Shown here in pieces: positions 1 through 12,820 of a DNA stretch of 64,000 nt. The notes beneath the pieces were generated by a model. It did no database searches. It saw only the letters and a program-made list of their open reading frames with translations, and was not told where the DNA came from. The position numbers and the translations under genes were made by a program. Positions within the stretch are counted from its first letter, which is position 1; each line of letters begins with the position of its first letter. The stretch is from Actinomycetes bacterium (GTDB lineage Bacteria > Actinomycetota > Acidimicrobiia > Acidimicrobiales > RAAP-2): assembly GCA_021823525.1 (NCBI GenBank), contig JAKANY010000005.1:861-64860 (forward strand), read 5' to 3'.

Positions 1-1160
1 TTGGCCATGGTCAGGCAGTAGGCGCCGGTGACGGGCACCGCCAGCACGTCGCCGGGCGCCGGCGCGTCCAGCGCGACCGCGTCGATCAGCTGGTCGCCCG
101 ACTCGCAGTGGCGCCCCACCAGCGCGTAGGTGTCGCCGCCGCCCACGCGGTCGACCAGGGTTGCGGCGAAGCGCTGGCCGTAGAGGGAGACCTCGAGGTT
201 GTCGGCCATGCCCCCGTCGACCGCGACGAACCGACGCGTCGCCTGGCGCTTGACGCCCACCACGCGGTAGAGCGTGCACGCCGCCTCGGCGACCATCGAG
301 CGCCCCGGCTCGATGAGCATCGTCGCGCCCGCGGGCAGCAGCGTGCGCGCCGCGCCGGTGAGCGCGTCGAGGTACTCCTCGACGCTCGGCGGCTGGTCGG
401 CGTCGGTGTAGCGCGCGCCGAGCCCCCCGCCCAGGTCGTAGACGGGGAAGTCGCCGAGCGGGGCGATCGCCTCCAGGGCGGCGACGAAGGGCGCGGTCGA
501 GGTGATCTGGGAGCCCACGTGGACGTGCAGGCCCTCGAGGCGCAGGTGGCGATGGCCCGCGAGGCGCCGGCGCGCCTCGGCCAGGTCGCGCGGGCTGAGG
601 CCGAACTTGGAGTCGACGTGACCCGTCGCGATGGCCTCGTGGGTCGCGGCCTCGACTCCCGGGGTCACGCGCAGCAGCACCGCCTGGGGCCCGCGGGCCA
701 GGCGCTCGAGCCGGTCGAGCTCGTCGAGGTTGTCCACCACGATCAGGCCCACGCCCACGGCCAGCGCCCGCGTCAGCTCGGCGTCGGTCTTGGCGTTGCC
801 GTGCAGCACGAGGTTCGCGGGGTCCATCGCGCCCGCGAGAGCCATCTCGAGCTCGCCCCCGCCCGCCACGTCGGCCCCGAGTCCCTCCTCGCCCATCAGC
901 CGGTAGATCGCGGTCACGGGCAGCGACTTGGACGCCCACACGACGCGCGAGGCCGGCCAGCGTCGTGCGAGGCCGTCGACGTAGCGACGCGCCCGGGCGC
1001 GCAGCGCGGCCTCGTCGAGCACCAGCGTCGGGGTGCCGAAGCGCTCGGCCACGTCGCTCAGGGCGCACCCGCCCACCTCCAGGCGGCCCCCGACGACCGC
1101 GGCGCTCGGCGGGAAGAGCCCCGCCACGCCGGCGCGGTCACTCGTCGTCTCGCAGGTCAC
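1..1160 (-). CDS. lysA: Diaminopimelate decarboxylase (3' end runs off the window)
   Basis: Not in the ORF track. Minus-strand translation from GTG at 1160 gives ...VAERFGTPTLVLDEAAL..., YASKSL, GADVAGGGEL, HGNAKT, HVHVGSQI, LGGGLG and ...VPVTGAYCLTMA at the window edge; these are PLP-dependent DAP decarboxylase motifs. Confidence 0.93.
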   Translation of the reverse strand, partial: MTCETTSDRAGVAGLFPPSAAVVGGRLEVGGCALSDVAERFGTPTLVLDEAALRARARRYVDGLARRWPASRVVWASKSLPVTAIYRLMGEEGLGADVAGGGELEMALAGAMDPANLVLHGNAKTDAELTRALAVGVGLIVVDNLDELDRLERLARGPQAVLLRVTPGVEAATHEAIATGHVDSKFGLSPRDLAEARRRLAGHRHLRLEGLHVHVGSQITSTAPFVAALEAIAPLGDFPVYDLGGGLGARYTDADQPPSVEEYLDALTGAARTLLPAGATMLIEPGRSMVAEAACTLYRVVGVKRQATRRFVAVDGGMADNLEVSLYGQRFAATLVDRVGGGDTYALVGRHCESGDQLIDAVALDAPAPGDVLAVPVTGAYCLTMA

Positions 1161-1225
1161 GTCCGCCGACCTTACCGACGTCGGCCGCCGCACCGCCACG
1201 GCCCGCGGCCGCCCCGGCCGGGGCC

Positions 1226-2386
1226 TCAGGTCCCCGCGAAGCGCACCACGCCGCGCACGTTGCGCCCGGCACGCAGGTCCGCGTAGCCCTGGTCGACCTC
1301 CTCGAGGTCGTACTCCCGGGTGATCAGGTCGTCGACGGGCAGGCGGCCCTCGTGGTGCCAGCGCGCCAGCATCGGGATCTGCAGGCGCGGGTTGCCCGCC
1401 CCGAACACCGTGCCGCGCAGGTCCTGGTTGTACATGGCGAACAGCGACGCGTTCAAGTCGACCTGGAGCACGTCGGCGGGCGCGAGCGAGGTCAGCACCA
1501 CCGTGCCGCCCTTGGCCGTGATGGAGCGGGCCTGCTCGATCAGGTCGCCGTGGAGCTTATTCACCGTGAGGATCACGACGTCGCAGTTCTTGCCCCAGGT
1601 GAGCTCGGGCAGGATCGTGAAGGCCGCGTCGAGCGTCGTGGCGCAGCCGTGGGTCGCCCCGAGGGCGCGGGCCCGCTCCACCTTGGACGGGTCGGTGTCG
1701 ATGGCGATCACCGCGCGCGCGCCCGCCTGCAGCGCCCCGAGGATGGCCCCCGAGCCCACGCCGCCGCAGCCCACCACGGCGACGACGTCGCCGGCGCGCA
1801 CCTGGCCGCGGTTGACCGCCGAGCCCCAGCCCGTCGACACCCCGCAGCTGATGAGCGCGCTCGCGCGCAGGTCGAGCCAGCCGTCGAGCTTGACCAGAGA
1901 CGCCTCGTGGACCACCACGCGCTCGGCGAAGGCCCCGACCTGGCACATGCGATTGAGCTCGACGCCCTCGAGCCGGTGCCGGTAGGTGCCATCGCTGATC
2001 TGGGGGCCCGCGACGATGGTCGCCATGAGGTCGCACAGGTAGGGACGGCCCGAGCGGCAGTAGTCACACGTGCCACACGACGGGACGAAGGAGATGGCCA
2101 CGTGGTCGCCGGGGGCCAGCCCGTGGACCTCGGGTCCCACGGCCTCGACGATGCCCGACCCCTCGTGGCCCGCCACGATGGGAAAGACCGAGTCGCGCCC
2201 GCTCACCAGGCGCAGGAGGTCGATCGGCAGGGTGATGCCGCCCTGGCGCAGCGTCTCGTCGGACCAGCACAGGCCGGCGAAGGACATGCGCACCTGGACC
2301 TCGTGGGCGACGGGTGGGTCGACCTCGATGGTGACGGGCTCGAAGGGCCCCCCGGCCTCGGTGACCACGACCGCGCGAACTTGCAT
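1226..2386 (-). CDS. Zn-dependent alcohol dehydrogenase (class III / NDMA-dependent-like)
   Basis: GLCWSD, GHEGSG, structural Zn CGTCDYC..C and GCGGVG nucleotide-binding motif; RBS GGAGGAG upstream. Confidence 0.88.
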   Translation of the reverse strand: MQVRAVVVTEAGGPFEPVTIEVDPPVAHEVQVRMSFAGLCWSDETLRQGGITLPIDLLRLVSGRDSVFPIVAGHEGSGIVEAVGPEVHGLAPGDHVAISFVPSCGTCDYCRSGRPYLCDLMATIVAGPQISDGTYRHRLEGVELNRMCQVGAFAERVVVHEASLVKLDGWLDLRASALISCGVSTGWGSAVNRGQVRAGDVVAVVGCGGVGSGAILGALQAGARAVIAIDTDPSKVERARALGATHGCATTLDAAFTILPELTWGKNCDVVILTVNKLHGDLIEQARSITAKGGTVVLTSLAPADVLQVDLNASLFAMYNQDLRGTVFGAGNPRLQIPMLARWHHEGRLPVDDLITREYDLEEVDQGYADLRAGRNVRGVVRFAGT

Positions 2387-2395
2387 GGCTCCTCC

Positions 2396-4114
2396 TTACA
2401 TGCGCTCGGGCGCCTCGATCCCCAGCGTGTCGAGTCCCTGGGCCAGCGTGCGCGCCGTGAGGTCGCACAGGGCCAGGCGCTGGGTGCGCACCGGCTCGGG
2501 GGCGCCCAGGACCGCGCAGGCCTCGTAGAAGGCGGTGAACGCCTGGGCCAGGGAGAACAGGTAGCCGCAGAGCCGGTGCGGCTGGGCGCTGGCGCGCGTG
2601 GCGGCCAGCGCGTCGGGCCAGTCGAGCAGCGCGCGCCCCAGGGCCCGCTCGGCGGGCTCGTCGAGGGCGAAGCGCGCTGGGGGCGCGACCGTCGTGGCGC
2701 CGGCGCGGCGCAGGATCGAGCGCACCCGCGTGTGCGCGTACTGGAGGTAGGGGCCGGTGTCGCCCTCGAAGGCGACCATGCGCTCGAGGTCGAAGACGTA
2801 GTCGCGCTGGCGCTCGGTGGACAGGTCCGCGTACTTGATGGCGGCGCGCGCGATCTGCTCGGCCAGCGCGCGCCGTGACGCCTCGTCGCCGGTGGCGCCG
2901 CGCTCGACCAGCGCCTGGTCGGCGCGGGCGATCGCCTCGTCGAGCAGGTCGATCAGCTTGACGGTGCCCCCGCTGCGGGTCTTGAGCATCTTGTGGTCGG
3001 CGCCCAGCACGTTGCCGAAGGCCACGTGCTCGCAGCGCACCGCGTCGGGCAGCCACCCGGCCAGGCGGGCCACGGCGAAGACCATGGAGAAGTGCTGGGC
3101 CTGGGGCGTGCCCACGACGTAGAGCATCGTGTCGGCCCCGAGGCGCGTCACGCGGTCGCGCACGGCGGCCAGGTCCGTCGCCGCGTAGCCGAAGCCCCCG
3201 TCGCGCTTCTGGACGATGAGGGGCAGCGGCTCGCCGTCGCGGTTGGCGAAGCCCGGCGGGAAGACGCAGCGCGCCCCGTCGCTGTCGACGAGCAGCCCGA
3301 GAGCGTCGAGGTCGGCGACCACGCCGGCCAGGTCGTCGTTGTAGGAGGACTCGCCGCGGATGTCCTCGGACCGCAGGGTCACACCCAGGCGCGCGTAGAC
3401 CTCGCTGAAGTAGGCGACCGACTGGTCCACCAGCAGCCGCCACAGCCGTCGCGTCTCGGGGTCGCCGGCCTGGAGGGCCACGACGCGCGCCCGGCTGCGC
3501 TCGCGAAACGCCTCGTCCGCGTCGAAGGCGGCGCGCGCGTCCTGGTAGAAGGCGGTCAGGTCGCCCACGGCCAGCTCGGCGGACCCGGCGTCCTCGCCCT
3601 GGTCGATCAGGTGCTCGATGAGCATCCCGAAGGGCGTGCCCCAGTCGCCCACGTGGTTGCGCGCGATCACGCGGTTGCCCACCAGTCGCTCGACGCGCGC
3701 CAGCGCGTCGCCGATGACCGTCGAGCGCAGGTGCCCGACGTGCATCTCCTTGGCGACGTTGGGGGCCGAGTAGTCGATCACGACCGTGCGCACCGGGTCG
3801 GCCGGGCGCACGCCGAGGCGCGCGTCGCCCGCCAGGGCCCGCAACCGCTCGTCGAGGAAGCCGGCGCTCAGGGTGACGTTGAGGAAGCCCGCCCCGGCCA
3901 GCTCGACCTCGGCCACGCCGGCCAGGTCGAGGTGCGCGCAGATCTCCTGGGCGAGGTCGCGCGGGGCGCGACCGAGTGCGCGCGCCAGGGCCAGGGCGCC
4001 GTTGGCTTGGAAGTCGGCCCGCTCCGAGGGCCGCAGCACCGGGTCGGCGCCCGGCGCCACGCGATCGAAGGCCGTCTGGAGCCGCGCGGCCAGGATCTCG
4101 CTCACCGTCTCCAT
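2396..4114 (-). CDS. argS: Arginine--tRNA ligase
   Basis: [19 protein letters not shown] (HIGH), KMLKTRSG (KMSKS-like), [13 protein letters not shown]; start re-picked at METVSE (ATG 4114). Confidence 0.96.
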   Translation of the reverse strand: METVSEILAARLQTAFDRVAPGADPVLRPSERADFQANGALALARALGRAPRDLAQEICAHLDLAGVAEVELAGAGFLNVTLSAGFLDERLRALAGDARLGVRPADPVRTVVIDYSAPNVAKEMHVGHLRSTVIGDALARVERLVGNRVIARNHVGDWGTPFGMLIEHLIDQGEDAGSAELAVGDLTAFYQDARAAFDADEAFRERSRARVVALQAGDPETRRLWRLLVDQSVAYFSEVYARLGVTLRSEDIRGESSYNDDLAGVVADLDALGLLVDSDGARCVFPPGFANRDGEPLPLIVQKRDGGFGYAATDLAAVRDRVTRLGADTMLYVVGTPQAQHFSMVFAVARLAGWLPDAVRCEHVAFGNVLGADHKMLKTRSGGTVKLIDLLDEAIARADQALVERGATGDEASRRALAEQIARAAIKYADLSTERQRDYVFDLERMVAFEGDTGPYLQYAHTRVRSILRRAGATTVAPPARFALDEPAERALGRALLDWPDALAATRASAQPHRLCGYLFSLAQAFTAFYEACAVLGAPEPVRTQRLALCDLTARTLAQGLDTLGIEAPERM

Positions 4115-4175
4115 CGGACCAGTCTCGCACGCCGGGCCGTTCGCGGGGTCCGGAGGGACGGGGCAGAATGGTGCC

Positions 4176-6848
<2,673 letters not shown>

Positions 6849-7702
6849 GACGGGCCGCCACCAAACTCCAGGGGTACCCCGATCCGAGTACGTCCAGCCT
6901 CGACGCCAACCCACGGCATCGAGGCCTCGTCACCGGGGACGTGCTGGTTCCGGAAGTCAACACCGACGACGTGGCCCGCGCGGTCGGCGGTGATGTCGTC
7001 CTGGTGCGATGGACTCATGTCCGGCACCGACGCGAGGTCGACCGGGTCTCGATGAACCAGTCGGGGCAGACCCGTTCCTGCGCCCGGCATGGTGCGCGGG
7101 CCAATCCGGCGCGACGACCGGCTCGCGTCCCTCCCCGCTCTCGGTCGCGAAGATGAGCGGATTCTCAAGAGCGTCTCGATGAAGGCGACACCGACGCCAA
7201 CGCGAACGAGGCGTTCGCCCACCCTAGGAATCCCGAAGACGCTATCGCCGGAGTCATGATTCGCCACTCTCCCGACATGCGCCGTACCGCCCTGCTCGAG
7301 CCATCGGAATGCGAACCGTCGAACCCGTTCGCGGTCGCGCTGACCACGGAGTGATCGGGCCGACGCTACGGCCGGATCACTCCTCCGGCTCTGGATTGGT
7401 GCACGCCACGCACGAGCACAACAGGACCCGGCAACGACCCAGCGAGAGAGGGCGGCCTCAAGGGGTCAGCGCGATACCCGGTGAGTCGTCCTTGGGCGGT
7501 TTCCACCGCTTGGGCTCAACTCGTCAGCGCAGCAACGGATCCAACGGGACTTCTCGTCCACGCGTCTCACGGCTTCCAGCCCGGCGGCGTCGTCCACGAC
7601 GCGACGCCGCCGCCGGGGCGCACGATCGCACGGGCGGGCACGCTGGTGCTATCCATTCATCGGGGAGTCGGCGCGAGCGCCGATTGGAGGGGACCAGACA
7701 CG

Positions 7703-9388
7703 GTGAGCGACCTTTCGTACGACCGGGGCATCGAACTCGGCGACCGCACGTGGTGGGTCGGCGCCGCGATGGCCGACGGGTCGTTTCCGAGCAACGTTTA
7801 TCTCATCGAGCAGGGCGATCGCTCCGTCGTCATCGACCCCGGATCGTCACTCGGCGCCGAGGAGACGGCGGAACGGATCAACGCGGTGGTCGGTCTGCGT
7901 AACGTGCGCTGGATCGTGTCCAGCCAACCCGACGCCGACAAGGTCGCGGCCCTGCCCCACCTCCTCTCGCGCGGGCTGCACCCCGAGGTCGCAGTCGTCA
8001 CCCACTGGCGGGCCCACGGGTCGCTGCGCCGCGCGGGCTTGGCCATCCCCCTGCACAGCATCGACGACGGGCGCCACCGCATCGAGCTGGACGACCGGAC
8101 CTTGCACTTCCTGCCCACGCCGTACCTGCGCTCGGCCGGGGCCTTCGCGACCTTCGACGAGCGCTCGAGAGTCCTCTTCAGCTCGGACCTCTTCGGCAGC
8201 TTCGAGTCCGGGTCCACGCTCTTCGTGGACGCCCCTGAAAATATCGACGCGATCCAGCGCTTCCACGTCTATTCCGTGGCGAGTCGCGACGTGCTCGCAC
8301 ACGCGCTGCTCGCAGTGCGATCGGCGAACCCGCGGATGATCGCACCCCAGCACGGACGCATCATCACCGAGGACTTCACCGACTTGGCAATCAGCGCCCT
8401 CAGCGACCTCGACTGCGGGGCCCTCCTGCTCACGCCCGACGACCCCGGTCTCTCGTTCCTCTTCGCGGCGAACCGGACAATCCACGGCATCATCAACACC
8501 CTCGTGAAGGAGCACGACTTCTCGACAGTCGCCGCGCACCTCGCGGGCCTGGCCGAGAAGACGCTCGGCGCCGAGTACTTCGAGCTGTGGGCGGGCACCA
8601 ACGGGGTGCTGTTTCGCTTCGAGCGCGAGGACGACTACGCCGGGCACCGCGACGTCCCGCCCGAGGACGTGGCCAGCGTGCTCGCCGGGCAGACCGTCGC
8701 GCCGGACCACCGGCTCGTCCTGGCGATGCGGTCGCCCTCGACGGGCACGATCGACGGAGTGATGCTCTGGGGCTTTCGCGAGCGGTGGGTGCCGAGCGAC
8801 GCGACGCTCGTGGTGCTGAACCAGATCATCTCGCTGGTCGAGGTCGGCCTCGAGCGCGAGATCCTGCGGCGCACCGCCGACCTCGAACTCTCGGAGTGGC
8901 ACACGCGCGCGATCTACGACCCGCTGACTGGACTGCGCAACCGTGCCTCGCTCGCCGACACTTACCACCAGCTCGCGGCCTTCGACGACCGCAACGCCGA
9001 GCCGCAGATGGCCGCGCTGATGGTCGACGTGGACCACTTCAAGGCCGTCAACGACACCTTCGGCCACGCCGTCGGCGACCTCGTGCTGCAGCGGATCGCG
9101 CACGCGATTCTCCAGAGCGTGCGCCCGAGCGACCCGTCCTTCCGCCTCGGCGGCGAGGAGTTCCTCGTGCTGCTCTCCAACGTCGACGGCACCGGTGCCG
9201 GCCTCGCCGCAGATCGGATCCGCGAGCGGGTCGCGCGCGCCACGCCCGACCTCCCGATCGTCACGGTCAGCGTCGGCCTGGCGATGCGTCGACTGAACGA
9301 GATCCAGGAGTTGCTGCTCTCGCGAGCCGACGCCGCCCTGTACCGCGCCAAGGAGAACGGCCGTGATCGCGTCGAGGTCGCCCCCTAG
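7703..9388 (+). CDS. MBL-fold (ODP/flavodiiron-like) + GAF-like + GGDEF diguanylate cyclase
   Basis: N-terminal NVYLI..VIDPG, FSSDLFG, IAPQHG; C-terminal YDPLTGLRNR, DVDHFKAVNDTFGHAVGD, RLGGEEF with an RxxD I-site. GTG 7703 follows GGAGG. Confidence 0.88.
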   Translation: MSDLSYDRGIELGDRTWWVGAAMADGSFPSNVYLIEQGDRSVVIDPGSSLGAEETAERINAVVGLRNVRWIVSSQPDADKVAALPHLLSRGLHPEVAVVTHWRAHGSLRRAGLAIPLHSIDDGRHRIELDDRTLHFLPTPYLRSAGAFATFDERSRVLFSSDLFGSFESGSTLFVDAPENIDAIQRFHVYSVASRDVLAHALLAVRSANPRMIAPQHGRIITEDFTDLAISALSDLDCGALLLTPDDPGLSFLFAANRTIHGIINTLVKEHDFSTVAAHLAGLAEKTLGAEYFELWAGTNGVLFRFEREDDYAGHRDVPPEDVASVLAGQTVAPDHRLVLAMRSPSTGTIDGVMLWGFRERWVPSDATLVVLNQIISLVEVGLEREILRRTADLELSEWHTRAIYDPLTGLRNRASLADTYHQLAAFDDRNAEPQMAALMVDVDHFKAVNDTFGHAVGDLVLQRIAHAILQSVRPSDPSFRLGGEEFLVLLSNVDGTGAGLAADRIRERVARATPDLPIVTVSVGLAMRRLNEIQELLLSRADAALYRAKENGRDRVEVAP

Positions 9389-9539
9389 CCCCTCCTGCGA
9401 CCTTCCGGGATGTTTCCCACGGTGTCGACGTCCTCCCAAATCAGGTGCTGTATCACGGCACGGGTCTCGTATGACCGAAGTCCGTTCAACTCCGCGGCGC
9501 GTAGGTGTCGAAGCCGAAGAACTTGTAGAGCTGGGACGG

Positions 9540-9695
9540 GGTGACGTCAGGACGGTCACCCGCGTCGGCGTGGCCGAGCAGTGGGATCGTGCCGGCGCGG
9601 GCCACGACGAAGCCCAAGCCGACGCGGCGCAGGTCGTGGTGCTTCTGCTCGGCGTGACCGCGCTGGCCGATCGAGGCGCGCGGGTTCGCCGAGCA
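9540..9695 (-). pseudogene. Transposase fragment, IS1634-like
   Basis: SANPRASIGQRGHAEQKHHDLRRVGLGFVVARAGTIPLLGHADAGDRPDVT resembles the conserved ...QRGxxKQKRxDLRxVGLGLVVTRDGGIPxxxHAYPGxRPDV segment of actinobacterial IS1634-type transposases (recognised from memory); no full-length ORF. Confidence 0.6.
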
Positions 9696-10683
9696 TGACG
9701 CGACGACAGATCGCTCGTGGCCCCGCCGCCTCCTCGCGCGCGACACCCGGTCCTGACTACGCAGCCCGAGCACCTCACGACGAGGAGGTCTTACCTCACG
9801 AGATTGACTTCGCTCGGGCGCCATGGACACGACCACGCACTATCGTGCTCACATCGGGCGCACGTCCCGACGACGGAGTTCGTATGGCGGTCGTCTTGGT
9901 GGTGTTGGTCTGCGCGGGGGCCTTTGTCGTGCCCCCCACGGCAATCGCCGTCCTGGGGATCGTCGGGCACTGGCAACCCGACATCCGCCGCAGCGGACGC
10001 CACCAGCTCAGCATCGGGTGGTGCCTGCCCATGCGGCCCATCCGGGGGGCATGCCGCGACGACTGTCCGGCGACTGCTCGGCCCAACTCCCCACCACCGG
10101 AGCCGTAGGACACGCGTCGGCGCGGGGCGGGGACCCTGGACCGCCGCACGTGCCCAGCCCGGGCACGGCGCCACGGTCCTCGGCGTGGATCCAGGCCGGA
10201 CGAGGCCGCGCTGACCGCCTGCGCCGAGTGGCTTGAGGGCGGTTGCCAGGCCACCGGGCGCGGTCAGCGCGGTGCCGAGGATGATGTCGACCAATCACCG
10301 GCGGCGCAGTCGCGGTACGCCGTCGCTGGCCCCACTCACGCGCACGCGCGTTGGGCAACGCGACGTCTCGGGCAGGGGGCCGACAGTGCGGGAGCCCGCT
10401 CCTTCTCGTGCGTCACGCCGACCTCCACGTTCACGCAGCGATGCATGTCGTGATGCGCCGTGCACGGGAACTGTCGTGATCGATGGCGACGATCGCCTCG
10501 TCATCGCCGAGAGCTCCTCGAGACTCGTCCCCACCGTACGCAATGACCCCCCGCGGCGTGGCGTGCAGCGCACCACGCGGTGAATCCTGAGGCTGTCGAC
10601 GAACCCGCGCGTGCGCAGGTAGCACCCGCACCCCATCGCGAATCGTGAATTCGAGGGTCGCTCTCAGCGACCGACGTCGTCGT

Positions 10684-12261
10684 TCAACGCGCTGAACTCA
10701 CGAGAGCGTCGACGAGCACCGTTGCGTAGGAGGACCGCAGAGCGCTGCTGTGGGGACCGCGAACCTCCACCGCGGCGCGCTCGCGCCCGTGGTGAATCAC
10801 GAGGATCGACCCGGCGTCGCGGGCTGGTCCGCTCACGCGCACAAAGCCGGCCGGCACGGTCAAACTCGCGCAGCCGCCGCGCACGAGGACCGTCGTTGGC
10901 CAGCGCGCCGCCGCACTCGCCGCGATCCTCACCTCCCAGGTCGTGCGCGCCCCACAGTGGCCGACCTCGACCAGGAGCGCCGAGCCCGACGTCATGCGTG
11001 CCGCGACGGGTGCCGGAACCGGGCGGTCGAGCGCCCGCGCCGCACCACCGGCGGCTTCGGCCAGCACCGGGCTCGCGGCCGGCGCGACGCTCGCAGCCAG
11101 CGCGGGCACCGAGCCCACGACGAGCACCCCCACGGCGACGAGCGACGCCGCCGAGGTGACCAGAGGCGCGAGACGCGGCACCCGGGCCGGGGCCTCGCTC
11201 GGAGCCGCGCGCAGCGCCAGGGCGCCCACGACCACGAGGATTGCCTGGGGCAGCATCGAGTTCGGGTCGGTCCCGACCCCTCCCCAGAAACCCATGTCCT
11301 GGACGATCACCCAGTCAACGAGCGTCAGCGCCACGAGCACGCCGACGCCCGCGCGCACGCTCGTGCGCCGACCCGTGAGCAGCAGCACACCGCTCGTCGT
11401 CATCAGCACCACGACGACGAGGTTCACCGCCCCGCCGTGCGCGCCCACGCCGCGAGCCGACGCCGCGATCAGCGACGCGAGCCAGTGGGGCTGGCTGTTG
11501 CCGGCCATGGTCTGGAGGGTCGCGGTGAGATTCCCGGTCGTGTGCCGGCCGGCGCCCTGCCAGGACCCGCGGCCCGGCCAGGCCTGCAGCAGCGCCATGG
11601 CCACCAGGAACGATCCGTAGATCGCCAGCAGGCGCCGTCCCAGGCGCGGCGTCCACGCGGTGAGGGGCAGGGCCACGAGCAGCCCGGCGACCGCGTAGAA
11701 GACCACGCCGCCCGGCGCGCCGGTGAGCCACGACAGGCCCGGGGCGAAGATGCCGCCGAAGGCCTCGCCGAGCGCCCACACGAGCACGCTCCAGGCCAGG
11801 CTGACCAGGCCCGCCGCCCGCGACCACCAGCCGCGCGGCGCGACCAGCAACCAGATCCCGATGCCCAGCTGGATCCACACCGCGGAGGCCGGGACACTGA
11901 TCGGGTGCTGGTTCCACAGGTTCCCGCCCCAGTTGACCATCGCCTGAACCCAGCCCGGGGACGTGCTGGCCGCGGGCGCCACCACCTGGGGCACCATCGC
12001 GAGCGGCATCGAGGCCTGGGCCTGAAGGATCCCGTCGAAGACCCAGATCGCCCCGAAGGCGACGCGCACCACGCACCGCGCCACGGGCTCGGCGGCGACG
12101 GCCGCCCGCGGCGCTCCGCGCAGCCGCCGCCAGGCGACAGCGCCCACGACCACGGCCAGCGCCACCGCGGCGATGGCCACCAGCTCGACGATCAGCTCGT
12201 GGTAGAAGCCCGACACCACCACCGGGCTTCCCGCCGACAACCCTGTCGACAGGCCCGGCAT
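10684..12261 (-). CDS. Polytopic membrane protein with two DoxX-like modules and a degenerate thioredoxin/SCO-like C-terminal tail
   Basis: RVAFGAIWVFDGILQAQ and GGVGTDPNSMLP motifs, many hydrophobic helices; soluble tail after ALDRPVPAP lacks CxxxC. Confidence 0.6.
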   Translation of the reverse strand: MPGLSTGLSAGSPVVVSGFYHELIVELVAIAAVALAVVVGAVAWRRLRGAPRAAVAAEPVARCVVRVAFGAIWVFDGILQAQASMPLAMVPQVVAPAASTSPGWVQAMVNWGGNLWNQHPISVPASAVWIQLGIGIWLLVAPRGWWSRAAGLVSLAWSVLVWALGEAFGGIFAPGLSWLTGAPGGVVFYAVAGLLVALPLTAWTPRLGRRLLAIYGSFLVAMALLQAWPGRGSWQGAGRHTTGNLTATLQTMAGNSQPHWLASLIAASARGVGAHGGAVNLVVVVLMTTSGVLLLTGRRTSVRAGVGVLVALTLVDWVIVQDMGFWGGVGTDPNSMLPQAILVVVGALALRAAPSEAPARVPRLAPLVTSAASLVAVGVLVVGSVPALAASVAPAASPVLAEAAGGAARALDRPVPAPVAARMTSGSALLVEVGHCGARTTWEVRIAASAAARWPTTVLVRGGCASLTVPAGFVRVSGPARDAGSILVIHHGRERAAVEVRGPHSSALRSSYATVLVDALVSSAR

Positions 12262-12265
12262 GGCC

Positions 12266-12820
12266 TCAGCCCTCCGTCGTCCGCGGCGAGCCCTGCTGGA
12301 CGCGCACCACGAGGGCGAGCAACGTGATCCACATCGCCAGCACCAGGGCCAGGAGCACGGCCACCGCCCAGCGGCCGATCAGGCCGTCGGTGCGCGTCGC
12401 GTTGATCGGCCCCGCGAAGGGGTCGGTGCGCGCGACCGACGCGGTCAGCGTGCCCTGGGCGATCGTCGAGCCGCCGAGGGCGGCGGTCGCCACGAAGCTC
12501 GTCGGACCGGCCCAGGTGGGCTGGTAGGTGAACGCGGCGACGCCTGACGCGTCGGTCGTGGCCCGGCCAATGGTCAGCAGGGGCGAGCCGGCGAACTCCG
12601 GGACGTGGACCTCGAAGGTCACGACCGCACCGGTGACCGGCGCACCCGCCGGCGAGTCGACGACGGCCGTGAGCGCGGTGCCCACGCCCGTGACCGGGGC
12701 GCCCGCGCGCAGCTGGAGGCTCGTGGCGCCCGACGCGCCCGCGACCCCGCCCAGGGCCAGCGCCAGGACGGCGACCCCGCCGACCAGCAGTCCCCCGAGC
12801 ACTCTCGTTGGCGTCCTCAC
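12266..12820 (-). CDS. Exported Ig-like (Big-type) protein with C-terminal membrane anchor
   Basis: GTG 12820 with AAGGAGG RBS, GTGA overlap with the upstream stop; signal peptide, beta-rich core (PVTGAVVTFEV, ATTDASGVAAFTY), C-terminal TM helix. Confidence 0.7.
   Translation of the reverse strand: MRTPTRVLGGLLVGGVAVLALALGGVAGASGATSLQLRAGAPVTGVGTALTAVVDSPAGAPVTGAVVTFEVHVPEFAGSPLLTIGRATTDASGVAAFTYQPTWAGPTSFVATAALGGSTIAQGTLTASVARTDPFAGPINATRTDGLIGRWAVAVLLALVLAMWITLLALVVRVQQGSPRTTEG

Noticed and set aside
9850-10640. Short hydrophobic stretches (MAVVLVVLVCAGAFVVPP on +; VDIILGTALTAPGG on -) suggesting membrane-protein remnants
   Set aside because: Too short and ambiguous to assign; a faint likeness to a P-type ATPase C-terminus could not be substantiated without a search.
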